From: Sphagnum compactum
Lineage: Eukaryota
DNA length: 64,000 bases
Reading direction: 5' to 3'
Assembly: GCA_965153455.1 (NCBI GenBank)
Contig: OZ234493.1
Coordinates: 36,446,213-36,510,212, forward strand
The position numbers and the translations under genes are program-made. The stretch's first letter is position 1. Every line of letters starts with the position of its first letter. This document shows, piece by piece, positions 40,426 through 54,200 of this stretch. A model generated the notes under the pieces. The model made no database searches, had not been told where the DNA came from, and was given only the letters and a program-made list of their open reading frames with translations.

Positions 40426-41399
40426 CTGTGTGCTAAGTTAGTACCGCGCTACCTAATCATCATCAGTTAGCTCTCGTTCCGACTTCCAACGTCTCCATGA
40501 GATTTGTTACTGTGATTTCAACACACTGCCTTTAAACCTCTCTGCAGTCTTTTGCAACTACTCTCCAGAGTCCCGCGCTCGGCTGTCCTTCTGACACAAA
40601 AATGCTGCAAGTTGGCTCAACATCAGGGGTTTTCTTTTTTCTTTTTCCAAATGGCCTGGCCAAACTGACAATCATTTGCAATAAGATTTAGCCAATTTTG
40701 GCTATATCCCAGATGTGAAAGTAGGAAATTTTCAAAATGCTTTAATATTTTTGCTACCTCCTGTTGTAACTTCTTGTAGAAATATGGCGATCTAAAAAAA
40801 GCGAAATATGGGGGCGAATTAAGAACCAAATTTTTTCACAAAAAAATCCTCTGAATGTGTGGAAATCATATTTTTCCAGGACGAACAAATGCGAAACCCC
40901 AGCAAAATCCCCCCCGCCCCCCCCCCCCCGGAAATCCCAAAAGATTCAGGATTCTTTGGATAGCATCGTCATGAAATCCGGCCATTTTCCATCCATCTGC
41001 ATCAACTCATTAGACTCTACTAGATGAATGGGCTCGAGATCGTCATCCAACACATGAGAGGATGCTTTTTTTCACCATTTTTCGAAAGGATAAAGACACA
41101 TGAGAGGGATGATTTTCATCATTTTTTCATCTAGAACTCTGAATCCTTTGGGAGGATTCGCATTGTTTGGGCAAAACCCTTTTGACATTGCAAGCACCCA
41201 CTTCAATACAATAATGAGGATCTGCCATTCTTACCCAACCCTTCATTATGATTCATTATTACACAGTATTGACTAAACCCAACCGCAATATGGGAATCAT
41301 GTGGAGCGTCCAACTGGAAGCCGCGCTCTCCTTCATTGGGAAGTTACCTAATCCTTCTAACTCACGGCCAGAAAATTTAATGTCATTGCAGAGAAATCC

Positions 41400-41918
41400 A
41401 CAAAATTTACCCTGTCTTCTTTACCCAGTCTTTGGGCCTCCTTTCACAGCCTAACCCCTCTTCTAGTGGTATCCGTGAAGTAAGGAAATTTTATTAAATC
41501 TGTTGTATGAAATGGTGAAAAAAACTCAATATGAAATGCTGAATCTCGGCATTTAATGCACAAGGTTCGAGAAAAACTATCGTAGCTGTGTACATGTAGG
41601 AGCATGTAGTGGTATCCCTGAAGTAAGGAAATTTTATTAAATCTGTTGTATGAAATGCTGAAACTCAATATGAAATGCTGAATCTCGGCATTTAATGCAC
41701 AAGGTTCGAGAAAAACTACAGTAGCTGTGTACATGTAGGAGCAATGGAGGCGCTCAGGAAAAAAGAAAGGGCGGGTGAAACTCAGAAAAGCATCAAATTT
41801 CTCCCCACCCCCCCCCAGGCCCCCAAACTTTTTTTGCAGGTTTTTTTAAAAATTTCACCCTCTTTATGACCAAACTCAGGGTTCTGGTGCTGTATTTTCC
41901 TTACTTCACGGATATCTC
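41400..41918 (+). repeat. Dispersed repeat with a 19-bp inverted repeat and an internal ~140-bp tandem duplication
   Basis: TATCCGTGAAGTAAGGAAA (41470-41488) is the exact reverse complement of 41896-41914. Unit 41464-41606 is repeated at 41607-~41743. Homologous to 3795-4160. Confidence 0.8.
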
Positions 41919-42529
41919 AATTCAAACAAATAAAACTTTATACACATGCATATGCATATATAATGTATGTATGTATGTATGTATGTATGTATATGTGTTT
42001 ATTTTCTCATATCTATATATCACTATTGTATGTTGTGTGTAATGATTAAAAATATTGTATACAAATTTACAGAGTTAGTGTTATGAATGTAGCATGTGGC
42101 AACTTTTCACTATTCACACAATTTTTCCGGAAATATCTCCATGTTTTCACAATTTGTTTTCCCTAGAAACTTTCGTATTGCATTTTGTGTAAGTTTCATA
42201 TCCTAATTTTCCATTGATGTCACCACCTATTTCACTTCCATTTTGCAATATGTTTCATAGTGCGTTTTCCATTTTGTGTCTTCGGATTGTGTGTTTTGTC
42301 CATCTTCCCCAACTCACAATGGAGACACTAACGAACAATATTTTTGTGACAAGGTGAATTGAATTTTTAATACATCTTCTTCACGAGGTGGTTTTTATGT
42401 TTAAAACTCACATTTTTCACTTTCCAAACTTTGATATGGTTCCTGAAAAAACCCAATGTGATTTTGCTCCAGTAGCTTAGGTTATTATTGACTGTTGAAT
42501 GCATTTCCACATCTTATTTATTGGCTTAG

Positions 42530-43075
42530 GGAATTAGGTGAAATTCACAATCCACTAGTCAATTTCCCAAGGTTTTGCATGACCAAAGTATAGAAATTAA
42601 AGATGGGTCAAAAAAACTTTAGGATGACCAAGGCAATGCTATTTTCAAATAATCAATACAAACAATGCCTTTGATAATAAAAATAAAACATTAGTTATTG
42701 TCAATTGATCCTTTCGAAAATTAAGGTGGGATGGGCACTCTAAGTTTGCCCAAGGCGCATGAACTTTTTCGTCTTAAATAAATTATATGTTAGTGGAAAA
42801 TGAACTGCGTATGAACAATGTTTCGCGTTATGCACCAAGGTATTTATATGCTATCAATTGGGAATTTACCGGTTTCATAATCTAGCCATTCGGTACATGA
42901 AACACAAATAGTTATAGTCAAGTTCAAGGATTCTTGAAGTTATACAATCTACCAACCATGATGCCATTGAATGAATGCATGTTTCCATAACCAAACCTTC
43001 GGGGGCTTCTACTCTTTACTACCATAAGACAAATGGATATCACATGATTGTTCTTGCAATAATGAATTCTAAATG
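42530..43075 (+). pseudogene. Heavily decayed PIF/Harbinger (HARBI1-like) DDE transposase fragment
   Basis: Manual translation gives FRMTKAMLF (~42618), KFAQGA (~42743) and AIE*MHVSITKPSGASTLYYHKTNGYHMIVLAI (~42963-43061), matching the FRM...GAIDGTH...Y...K..YS...QA order of this family. Confidence 0.62.
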
Positions 43076-43549
43076 TATGTGTTAAGTTTTTTTAAGGTCA
43101 GTTTCCATGTGGCCCAACCAACAACTATTTTCTGGAGGTTTCTTGACATTCTAGTTGTTCCTCCCAACCACTCACCAGACTTCAATTAATCTTTTTTTAA
43201 ATTTTAAATTGGCATTTGATGGTTAAATGAGTGGGCTGTTTGTTACCAATGAATGGCACACTCTTATGTTGCCAAGAGTTTAGAATGTTTTGAAGTGAAA
43301 GGGTGAATGAAAATAAATCATGAAATGGTGGAAAAGAAGTAGAATGACATGCAAACCCTTTAGGACTATGTATTTTCTTATTCCTTGGTTGTTGGTCTAG
43401 GGCTTAGCGACTATGGAAATGAACCCTTTATATGCTAAGGATCCTATATTTTGTTGAGGAGGTCGTTGATATTATTTGATGTTCATCATAGAGCACCTTT
43501 ATACTTGAAGAAACGAAGGTACTAAGAGTTGATAGTGTGTGTTAAAACC

Positions 43550-45450
43550 AAGACTTTTTGTCATTTTCTTCAACAATTGTTGTTCATGACCAATAAGTGA
43601 GGACACAAGACAAAAAATCTTAAACCTAAGGTCCAACATTAAAAAAAATTATTATGGGCTTTTATTTTTTCATATTTTTGTAAGAAGGAAAAAAAAATCC
43701 AAAACCTAAACAACTTCTTTTTTTATGTTGAAGGCCAAACATGATAATTCATAAACAACATTTCCATCTTCTGTCATTAAGTTGTCAAAGGTTGGAGAAT
43801 CAATTTCATCCCTGAATTTTAGACTCATGGATATGGCAAAATTTAGTGCATCACTTAAAATCAATGACGTTTATATTGGTTCAAAATACAAGGAAACACA
43901 ACATGGCCAAGAGAACCAACAATAATCCAATAAGTGTGCCATGCCAAAAGAAGTGGTACTCTTGAAATCATCCTCACATAATTATCCGTGTTGCAACATA
44001 ATATAATTGTTTCTTTGAACTTCCAATCTTCATGAAAAAAGATAATTTTATTAACAAATCTACAAAAGCAAAAGAAAATGTTAGATGCATAGGAAAAATT
44101 GAAAAAAAATGAAGAAAATGTTAAATTATGCAAAGGAAGAATTGAACAAAATGTGAACACAAAAAAATCTAGAAAAATAAATTTTTACTTTTTCTTCATT
44201 AGAGTATTCAATTTCCTTGGGAGAAAACCTAAATTCACACATGGCTTCTCCCATTCCAACCTACCTTTTCCAAATAATTTGGCCAAGTTATGCATTTTTG
44301 CAAATCTCTTTCGGCAATTTTGGTTGACACATATTGTAAGTCTTTGCAAACTTTTTCTTTTATTATAGAATATTGACAAGCTTTAGAAAATGCATGACCA
44401 AAACATATGCCCTAAAAACTTTCTTCCAAACACAACACATCAAACTTACAATTCAATTTAGGGTTGTAGTCATAATGTTTAGATTAGATCACTCATCCTT
44501 GACATAAGCAATAATTTTTTTTCCTCAATGCATAATTGTCTAACAATTCTGTCAAGTTTTCGGCCAAGGTTTGTCCACTAATATCTACTAGCTCAAAAAG
44601 GCTAAGGGTAATGTGCTTTGGTTACCAATCAACTCCTAAAAAATTGATCACTATGCAAAAAATTCATGTCTAACTTTTGACATCCATAGATAAAAACTTG
44701 CAGTTGCAAAATGACATTTTATTACATTTAGTAAAACATATAATTGTTTAGTTTTTTCCACTAATCCAAGCAATATTCATAAGCAAATTGCTTTCTAGAA
44801 GGAAAAACAATTCTTGGACACACATCCATATTAAACCTTTTCAACCAACTACTTTCCACAAACTGTAAAGGAAAACGATTTTTGATAATTAAAAGACCCA
44901 AGTCTTCCAAAAATTGCTTTTGGTACACATCATCTTTCTTGAAAGGTTCTTTTGCAACCAAAAAAATAGATATGGAGTTAAAAGAAATATTTGGTCTCTT
45001 TTTGGAAGGTTGTCTTTCATCTTCCTTCAAAAGATTATTAATTTTTTCAAACACTTTTAAAATATTACAATGATCTGAATTGGCATGTTTCTTCAATGTA
45101 GTTATATTGTTAGTTGTGTTGTCTATGATTAACACTTTCATAGCTTGAGTTTTTGGATTTAACTTCACTACTATTGTGACAAATAATACAATGCATAATT
45201 TGAAAACCTATTAAGTAAACTTCTTTGTTATCATTAATATAATAAAATGCCCAACACAACGCATTTTTGCTATTTGGTTCCCAAAATAATATTTGTGCAT
45301 GTAATTTCTTTGAATTTTTTTTTTCATTTTCTCTTCATTTGTTTTTGGATTCCTATTTCTTTCTATTTGAACACTTCCATTTTCTTCGAGTTCTAACAAA
45401 GGTTCATCTTCCATCCTTACTTCACTCATAAATATATCACATGCATTTTT
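43550..45450 (-). pseudogene. Decayed hAT-superfamily transposase
   Basis: ORF 44761..45168 (LKKH...FLEDLGLLIIKNRFPLQFVESSWLKR...FPSRKQF), then fragments YLWMSK, SGQTLAENLTELLDNYAL, IIAYVKDE*SNL, CFGHAFSKACQ and LMLDLRFK (LDPRFK-like, ~43620) in hAT order. Confidence 0.75.
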
Positions 45451-47529
45451 GTTTTCAAAAGGTTGTTTCATGAAAGTAAAAATTACTGCCCTGATGAGTA
45501 GCAGAAAAAAAACAATTTTATGATCTCAAAAACCAAAAACTTGCATTTACAAGTAATTACAATATGCAATGTACCTTTTAAGCATTTACAAAAACAAGAT
45601 CGATATATTTTTTAAACTTTCAGAAAAAGTTATGGGGTTTATAGGGTGGAAAAAAATATGGGGTTTATAGGCAAGAAAAAGATATGGGGTTTATATGGAA
45701 TTTTATAAGAAAATCCTGAAAAAATAAACAAAAAATGCAAAAAATAAAAATAAAATGACACATTATCAAAAGAAACAACACAAAATGAAGTGAAAAAATC
45801 TCAAAACAAAAAAATGAAAACTAATTGAAAAAAACACACCCTTCATGCTTGAAAATTTGGTGTTGAAGCTTTGATTTGCACAAGGCAAAAAGGGGAGTGG
45901 AAGTACCATACTATTTAGAGAAACAAGAACAGCACCAATGTGAAAAAAATAGCAATACCAACATGAGAAAAACAAGAATAAAAGATTGGCCAATTTAGGT
46001 ACCCAAAGTGCTCAAACACCAATGAAAGATGGATGGAGCTCAAAAATCCAACCTGCACTAGGCAAAAATGGGGGGAAATACCATATTAACTAGGGGAACA
46101 AGAACAACACCAACACGAAACAAACAACAACAACAAGAACTAGGCCAGTATGTATTTGAAGAGCTATGAAGGGATTGGCAACACCAGTGCAAGAGGAGCG
46201 ACAACGCAAGAAGAGTAATGAAGGTAATGCGAAAGAAACAATGCGATAATGCGAAAAAAACAATGAAACAACGCAAAAAAAAATTCGTCATAATGCGAAA
46301 AAAACAACGTGGCTAAAGGAGTGGCTAAAGGAAAAGAGCAGTGCAGCAATGTGAAAAGAAAGAACAATGTAGCAACGTGAAATGAACAACACAATAGCTT
46401 GAAAAGAATGACATACCAATTACCAAAACAAAAAGAGCTGAACAACAATTCGAGAAAAGCGATAGCACTAGCGCACAAAAAACAACAATAACATGCGAAG
46501 TGAACATCAACACAATGTTATGAAAAACGACAATAAAACAATGTGAGGAAGAACAACAACATGCAAGGAGAACAACACCAATGCAAGTAGTAACACCAAT
46601 GAGATGGCAACACCAAAGTGAGCAACAATGCCAATGCAAAGAACACCCAACAGAACAAAACAAAACACAACCAACAAGACCAAAACATAGTTACAAAACA
46701 AAAAATGACATTGTGAAGAAAAAAAACCTCAAGCTTCGTTTTATACAACTTCCAATATCCCTAACCCTAAACAATGCCTCAACCTCTCGAATTGATAGCT
46801 ATTTAGGAACCCTAAATTGGAAAATTGAAAACCGAATGGAGGTTTTATGAGAAAACATGTCTGGTTTTTCAAATATACATCAAAAAAAACAAAAACCATT
46901 CTCATGACTAGGATTTTCATTCATGTGAAAATCGGAAGTCAATTTTTAATTTGGTTTTCACATGTAATTATGTCAACTAGTTCACATTACGAGAATTGGG
47001 TTGAAAACTTAGTGACAATTCAAAAATTGCCCCAACAGTAGTTAAAACACAATTAAATTATTTTAAATGGTATTGATAGGTTCATGTTTTACACTAAAAT
47101 TGACCACTTGGTCTTTTTTTTGCATTAGTTTTTGTTTTAAAATTGTATTTAAAAACATTGATTAGTTTTAAACATGCTCTTGAATATCTTATAATTATAA
47201 TATTCGATTTCAATTTATCCAAATGCTACGATGATATATTTCTAAAATTATATAAATACATTGCACATTTTCAACACTACCTCAATATATCACTAAAAAT
47301 TGTGTAAAATTAAAATCGATTACAATTTTTGTGATGTGCTACAGTTGAATGCACCCTACCATAACAAAATCTCATGTGTCTTTTTCTAGATATTTTTGTT
47401 GATGAAAATGCCCATAAATGATATGTTAAATTAAAATACCTTACCCAAAAAAAAGGCCATCAAGTAATATCAAAGTTAACAATGTATAAATTCATGAGGT
47501 TCATTGTTGAAAATTCATATGACATGTTC

Positions 47530-47621
47530 AACAAAACATTTTGGGAACATAAGGAAAGTTCTAAACAACATGTTAAACAAAACATTTTGGGAACAAAAGG
47601 AAAGTTCTAAACAACATGTTA
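47530..47621. repeat. Tandem duplication of 46 bp
   Basis: AACAAAACATTTTGGGAACA.AAGGAAAGTTCTAAACAACATGTTA occurs twice. Confidence 0.9.
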
Positions 47622-48749
47622 TATATTTCATTATGGGAGCAATTGGGATTTTCAAGTTGAAAGGATGATGTACTTCCTTAAAAAGGAAGTTAACTTTGAC
47701 ATTAACTTTGAAATTAAAATCAAACATGTTTTCACATTTTGTAACCAAACAATTGTCATGTCCTCACATTTTGAAAATTAAAAGAAAACTGAAAATAGAT
47801 CAGGTTTGTGACTAATGTTTGTCATAAAATAATTCCTGAAAAGCTTGGTAGGGGAAAAAAAAAAAAAATTTATCATGTTTTGCCAAAATCCACTACAATC
47901 GAACCTCTAACGTTTAGCAAATTGTCCATTATCCCAATCACTAGGATATTATTACAAATGCAAATGTAAGGTGGATTCCATGTGTTTGTTCCTTAAATGT
48001 TGAAATTTTGAAATATTAAAATAAGGATTTTCAAATCTCCTTTTTTAAATAAAAAAAGTTTTTGACAAGAGTTTTCAATATTTAATTATAAATATGGTAT
48101 ACAAGAAAATTAAACCAACTATTTTGGTCTACACAATATACAAGAGTAGAAATTTTAAAGAAATGTAAATATACAAAATATGTATTAAAAATTTTATGTT
48201 TAAAAATACACCATGTAAAAATATGGCAACATGTTCAAATGTAGTTGTTTCATATGTTAGACATATATCAATGGTATTGATTTATATAAATGTGAAGCTC
48301 CAATCACATATGATGTTATAAACTATAATGTTAAGTCCTTTAACATCAAACTAGTGAATAAATAAATAGGGTAATAGGTAAGTAAATAGATGATAGCAAG
48401 TAGGTGAGTGAGTGAATGGGTGGGAAAATGATGCAAAACATGAATTATCATTGATTTAAAGTCCTTTTTGAAGGGCTAGTACCTAACATTGAACTTTTAT
48501 TTCAAAATTTATGTTTTTTAAATTTTATATTAAATTAACACTCATTTAACATTAAGTTGTGAATCAATTAACGTTAGGTGCCACCTAAAACACCATTTAG
48601 ATTTTGATGTTAATTAACATTCTTGGTTTGAATACAACCATTTTTTTTTATTTTTCTAAAATTCATTTAACGCAAACTTAACATCAAGTGTGATTAAACA
48701 TAATTGGCATATGAGACCTTTATATTTGTTCAATTTACAAAGTTGACAA

Positions 48750-49105
48750 CACCTATGTGATCAATTGATCCACTAAAACTTGCCACAACCAAAAAAGAAA
48801 AAGTGTTAGTAGGAATTGTTGTATCAGCAAAACTCACATAACCAATAGCAAGAATTATTGTCCAACCTACTAAACTTGTTATGATACTTTAAGATATCCT
48901 TCTATCATTTGTTCTAAGGTAGATCATCGATCTCAGGATTATTCTAAGAAAATTGAAATGTAAAATACATTTAAAACAAAACCAGCTCATTCCAATACAT
49001 TAGCATTTAAACCCCCTAAAATTGATAATGTTCTAGTCAATGTAGTTGTCGTTGTGACTACTCATAATCAAGTCTTAGAACAACATGTTTTGAGAGATTG
49101 AAGGT
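48750..49105 (+). pseudogene. Possible LTR-retrotransposon gag remnant (degenerate zinc knuckle)
   Basis: YPSIICSKVDHRSQDYSKK has CCHC spacing with two Cys lost by single changes (TGT to TCT and TAT). It is followed by VNVVVVVTTHNQ, resembling the 'TRS' region after gag. Confidence 0.4.
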
Positions 49106-50199
49106 TAGCCTTTTCAATAGCCTCTAACATGTTAAACTATGAATAAATGAATAGGTCCATTTCATTCATGTACTTCCAATTGATGTACCTCCTATATTTC
49201 AGGGTTGGATGTTTGATTTTACATAACTATGGGCAAGTGCGTGGGTAATGGAAAATGTTTTCATTTTCTTTTATTCAAATTCAAAGAACTTTAATTTTCA
49301 TGGAATAAAGGGTGTCATGAGGTTTTCTCAATTTCAAATTTTATGTGAAGATTCAATTCTCATCATTAAAAACCATGACAAATGTTATGTGCATGATAGA
49401 TTTGTTATTTGATAAGTAATTATGAACTTTTGAAAAGTTACAATGCAAACTACCAAAAGAAAGTTTCAATTAATCAACAACACACTTTGGACCTTCAAAT
49501 TGTTTCCAAATGAAAAACTTAACATGGTCTTGGAATTTTTGAAAAGTTAAACTAAATTAACATGTTATAAATCAAATGTGTGTTTCAAAAGTTATGACCC
49601 TTCAAAATGTCAAGATGCCAATTCCCTTTTTTTTTTAGAATTGAAAAACTAGAAATTTACAATTTGTTCCATTTCATAACACATTATGTGAGTTGACATC
49701 ATGTTTTTTCCAAAGATTTGATTCACAACGAGTTTAGGTGGATCCATCATGAAGCTTGCTTTTGGTTTAGGACTAAATTACACTAGGTCAAAGCTTTCAC
49801 CTCTTGTAATGTGAAGAATCATGAAACACACTCCAAGGTTTTTGACAATTCATTGTTATCTAAATAAAAATTACCGACATATTTTAAAAAAAGGTGCATT
49901 AGTTTCTATTAAGTTTTGGTCCTTTACATGTATTGAAAATCCTTTTGAAGTCATTAAAAATGTATCCCCATTTATCCTCACAAGTTAAACCAATCATCAC
50001 ATGTTGAAAACAACTTTTATTCTAAGAACAAAAAAAAACTAACTTGCATTCCTTGCAATGTTAATTTTTCTCTTTCATTCATGAATCATTATAGTTATTT
50101 ACAGTTATATTGGAGATCCATGGTGTGAAGAAATGCAATGCATTTGTTTTCTATGGTTTTAATCAAAATATCTTTGAGTTCCCAATTGGGTTAAACCTA

Positions 50200-50730
50200 G
50201 TAGGCCTTTTTTTATTAAGTTTTAATAGTAAATTTCAAATTCAAAAATTGTTGACCTTTTAACTTTGCACTTCTTTTCAAGTGACCCAATTTCAATGTCA
50301 TTTTGATTTGACAATGATATTTTAATTTTGAAGGAGGTATGAAATGTTTTTTCTTTTTTACGAGGAAGGGGGAGAGAATGGGGGATGAGTGGGAGTTTAT
50401 CAAAACATTGGGCTACAAGGGTTTTTAGACCTTAGATTCAATGTTAACTATCACCCATGTTAGCAAAAAAAAGTCTATAGTTAAATTTCAATAAGGATCT
50501 CATGTTCACCTTTGTGTTAAATAACATTCCATAACTATCCCAAGTTTAGAACGAAATATCAAAACAATAATTTTCCATTGAGTTAATTGGGATTCACACT
50601 TTTAGCTATTAGTTAAAAGTGCAAAGTTAAAAGGGCCAACAATTTAAAATTTTGAAATTCACAATTAAACCTTTTAACAAGTATTATGTGCATTAGCCAA
50701 AAAAAAACCCCCCCAAAAAAAACCTATTGC
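50200..50730. mobile_element. MITE-like element with ~50-bp imperfect inverted repeats
   Basis: TTTAATAGTAAATTTCAAATTCAAAAATTGTTGACCTTTTAACTTTGCACTT (50221-50272) pairs with AAGTGCAAAGTTAAAAGGGCCAACAATTTAAAATTTTGAAATTCACAATTAAA (50617-50669). Confidence 0.6.
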
Positions 50731-50875
50731 CAAAAGCAAATAAGGATTCGACATCACCATTTGTGTTATGTCGCATTTACATATGTGAATGTGAGCTAAA
50801 AAAATTAAAATGGTTGTGATGCAAAGTTACCATTGAGTTAACCACACTAAGTCATTGGTGCTTAAGGAATTCACT

Positions 50876-51158
50876 TTGGTTTTTCCCCTCCTTCATTTTT
50901 GTAGTAGAGTACCCTTTTCATTGTGCCAGCAGCGTTGTTGTTTTCCTATTGCTGGAGACAAGATCTAGACCTGTCGTAGATGTTGATTGAAGAAATGTAC
51001 TTATGAGTTGGTTTTTTCCCTCTTTCATTTTCGAATAAGAGTACACGCTTTCTCAATAGGGCCAGCGGCAGTGTTTTGATTTTCGTTTTTTCCCCGTTGA
51101 CGGAAATACCAGAATCTAGACGTGGTGTAGATGTTGAGAAGAGAAATGTACCTATGAG
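50876..51158. repeat. Diverged tandem duplication (~130-150 bp) in the proximal promoter of the DUF2045 gene
   Basis: TTGGTTTTT.CCCTC.TTCATTTT..GAGTAC..CCAGC.GC..ATCTAGAC..GTAGATGTTGA..AGAAATGTAC.TATGAGT at 50876-51008 and 51008-51158. Confidence 0.75.
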
Positions 51159-51283
51159 TAAGATATGTGCTTGCCCAGGAAGCGTAATAAAAAAAGCGCG
51201 CGGAAGGAGTTGTGATGAAGCGTCGAGGTGTTGTCGCGCGGCGCGAGGAAGTAAACGAAAGGAGCTTCGTGGATCGGGGGGAG

Positions 51284-54200
51284 ATGGCGTCCGCCACTGC
51301 TCCTGGCAACAGAAGGGACAGTACAATCGCTGGAGCAGGCAAGGAGGAAGACGAAGAAGAAGATGAAGAAGAAGAGTGGCAGCATGTGAAATGGTAACCA
51401 AATTAGTCCGAATACAATTGCTTGTAAATGAAAATTTCGTTCGTGCTTTTGCAAAGCTTATGGAGTCTATGTGATTTTTTTCTTTGGAAAATGTATGCTG
51501 GTGTTTGGAGTGATTTTTCTTCTTGGAAGAATTACTGAGGTTTCTTACGATTTTCTCCTGTTCTGATGACGATACTTATTTGAAAATTTTGTGAAGAATT
51601 CGGCGCTTCCATAGGCAATTTTTTTTTGTTTCTGTGCAGGGGGACACATGTGAAGAATACCGCAGAGATACCTCACGCCAATTTGATTTCGTCATCGAAT
51701 ATCACACCTTCGCGGTGCGCCATTTCTTTCCCTCCAATTTTTAGGGTTCTGGTCTCTCCCTCCATCCCAATTAGGGTTGTATAAATGTTCTATCACTCTC
51801 TAGGTTGCCATCCCGTTGTGCAACAGGAGTGAACTGATTGGAATTGTACATGAACTTGAAGTTCACAGGAAACAACAGAAAATGCTCAATTCTATTACTC
51901 AATGTTGAAACACTAGAATGTGTACACATCACCAAACCCTAGGGGCTTGAGAACTTGGGGCAATTCTTGCTGTCCCGTTGATCCATGAAAATGTCAACCA
52001 GCCAGGTCTTTGAGACCAATTGTTATTCTACTTTTGTGGTCATGATAGTGATTAAATGACAAGTAAATAGGGTTTCAGCATCCGCAGATCCCAATTTTGA
52101 TTACTGTTGCTTGCAGCAATTGAAAGGAGGAATTATAATGTGAGTTTTTTGCAGGGTGGAGCTGCTGAATATTGTACGCAAGCATTCATTGCAATTACAG
52201 CATCCAGGGACAGAGGAGGTGGAAGTGGATCCACGTTTTTGGTGTGAACTGTTGAACCTGTTCTTTGTGCGGGGTTTGGCTGATCACAAAATACCTGAAG
52301 GAGATGATGATGACCTTGTTTTCTTTGTCCGCCTCAATGTGAGTGCCGCCTTCTCCAACTTTAATGTCAGCTCTTGGAATGGGTACAGTATTCAAAGTCA
52401 GCTTAGCATCTGTGATGATTTCCATGGAATCAGCTATTTTTAGCAAATGCTCAGGAGATTGCCCTCCGGAAATTGGTTCTACAGAACCGTGACTATGAGG
52501 AGGACGACCAGGAGGACTTGAATGCCAGATCCTTATTTCATGTGCATGAGTCTTCTACCAGACAACCTTTTTTTGTACGCAGGTGGGCTCCAGAGGTAGG
52601 TTCTCTAAGTTCATTGAGCCACACTTTTCTGTGTAGGGATGCAGAAGCTGTCCCACAGTACAGTACTGCAATTGGCTAGTTGTTTAACCAGATTTGGTTA
52701 TACTCTCAATTTTATTGGGACACTGCTGTGAATGGAGATTTACATGGCTTCTGAAATGTCATAATTCATGGGGGTGTGCAGCTTGGGAAAGTGATAGGAC
52801 AAAGCATCAGGCAGGTAGATTGGCAACGCTCATTTTACCTCAACCTCATTTGCCACAGCTCCTTCTCTCTCACTGTGGCCATTTGTAGGTATGTTGGCCT
52901 CCGTCCATATCTCCTTGCTTTGTTTGTTTACTTATGTAATGAGGACAATTGCTAATCAATTGAGTGTGGACTGTGAAAATATTGTAGGAGCTGGCAATCA
53001 TTTGGTGAAAATTTAATCAAAGCAATGCTGGCAAACTTGAAGCTGGTCATATATAGCAAGCAAACATTTCTTGAGTCACTGTCTGGAAACTGTTTTAGTG
53101 ATGTTTTGTGTCCTTGCTTGAACATTTGCAGTCGGGAGGGCCTTCAGAGTCAACACACGTCACCAAATTCCTCCTTGGTGCCAATTTACAAGGTGACGAA
53201 GAGGGTTTATGCATCACCCAGCCGTGCAAATTTCCAAGTTGACTTCCGTTCCAAGGTATGCCTCTATGCATCCAACATCTTGCCCTCCTCCGCTGTGGTT
53301 TGTGTACAGAAATTTGAAAACGTTTAGACATGTCCTGATTGCAGAGTCCTCTGGGTAATGTGAAAGAAGTATGAAGGGACACTCATACACTGCAGAGCAT
53401 GTGATAAGATTTGTGTTGTTGAGAATTACTACCAGATACCCCTCTGCACCTTCATTGAGATCTGAGACCCTCAAATACTTTTTCCAGCGATTGTAACTTG
53501 AAGGGAGTGTTCATCACTTTGTTCTATGGTGATGCAATTTGCAGGCTGTTGAAACAGTGCCAGCATACCCAGACATTTGTTTTGTTGTCGACGATTATGA
53601 TAATACCTTTGAGGATGTTGTAAGTCAAATGGCCTTTACCTATCTCTATGGATTAGTGTGTCTAGCTTATCACTGAACACAATTTTTGTCACAGTGATCA
53701 TTGGGCAGTCAATCCAGCCCAAGCCAATCATTTATTGCCAAGGTGCATATATTTTCTGTCTGTTATCTCTTGCTCTTTCAAAGCCCAAATCTCATTTTGT
53801 GCGGGTAGCATGTAGGTATTAATGGAGGCAGACCATTGTTACTGTGTCTTGTTGAATGCTCGTGGAGGTGCTGCCTTTCCACCTGATACTGCTACAGAGA
53901 ATGAGAGCTCTCGAACAAGCCATGAGGCCAAATTGTTAGGAGAAACTCAAGGCCCTAATCCTCCTAAAGTAAGTACAACTTCTTGTTCATGGCTTAGGCA
54001 ACTCTGAAGAACTTCAGGATTTCCAGAACGTGGGCTTTTGGTGATTCTCACTTTGTAGCAATGCCAAGTCATACATTCCAACTACTGGACAACTTTGATG
54101 CTCATATAGGGATCTAGTGTTCCTTCTCAATAAGGGAGTCGTCCATAAAACATTGAACCCCCAGGGAAATTGGATGTTCAATTGTGGGTTCATATTTGAA

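Noticed and set aside
45766..46850. Several overlapping Cys/Phe/Leu-rich ORFs resembling membrane proteins
   Set aside because: Low-complexity CA-rich sequence that lacks stops in all three minus frames; probably the non-coding end region of the adjacent hAT element.
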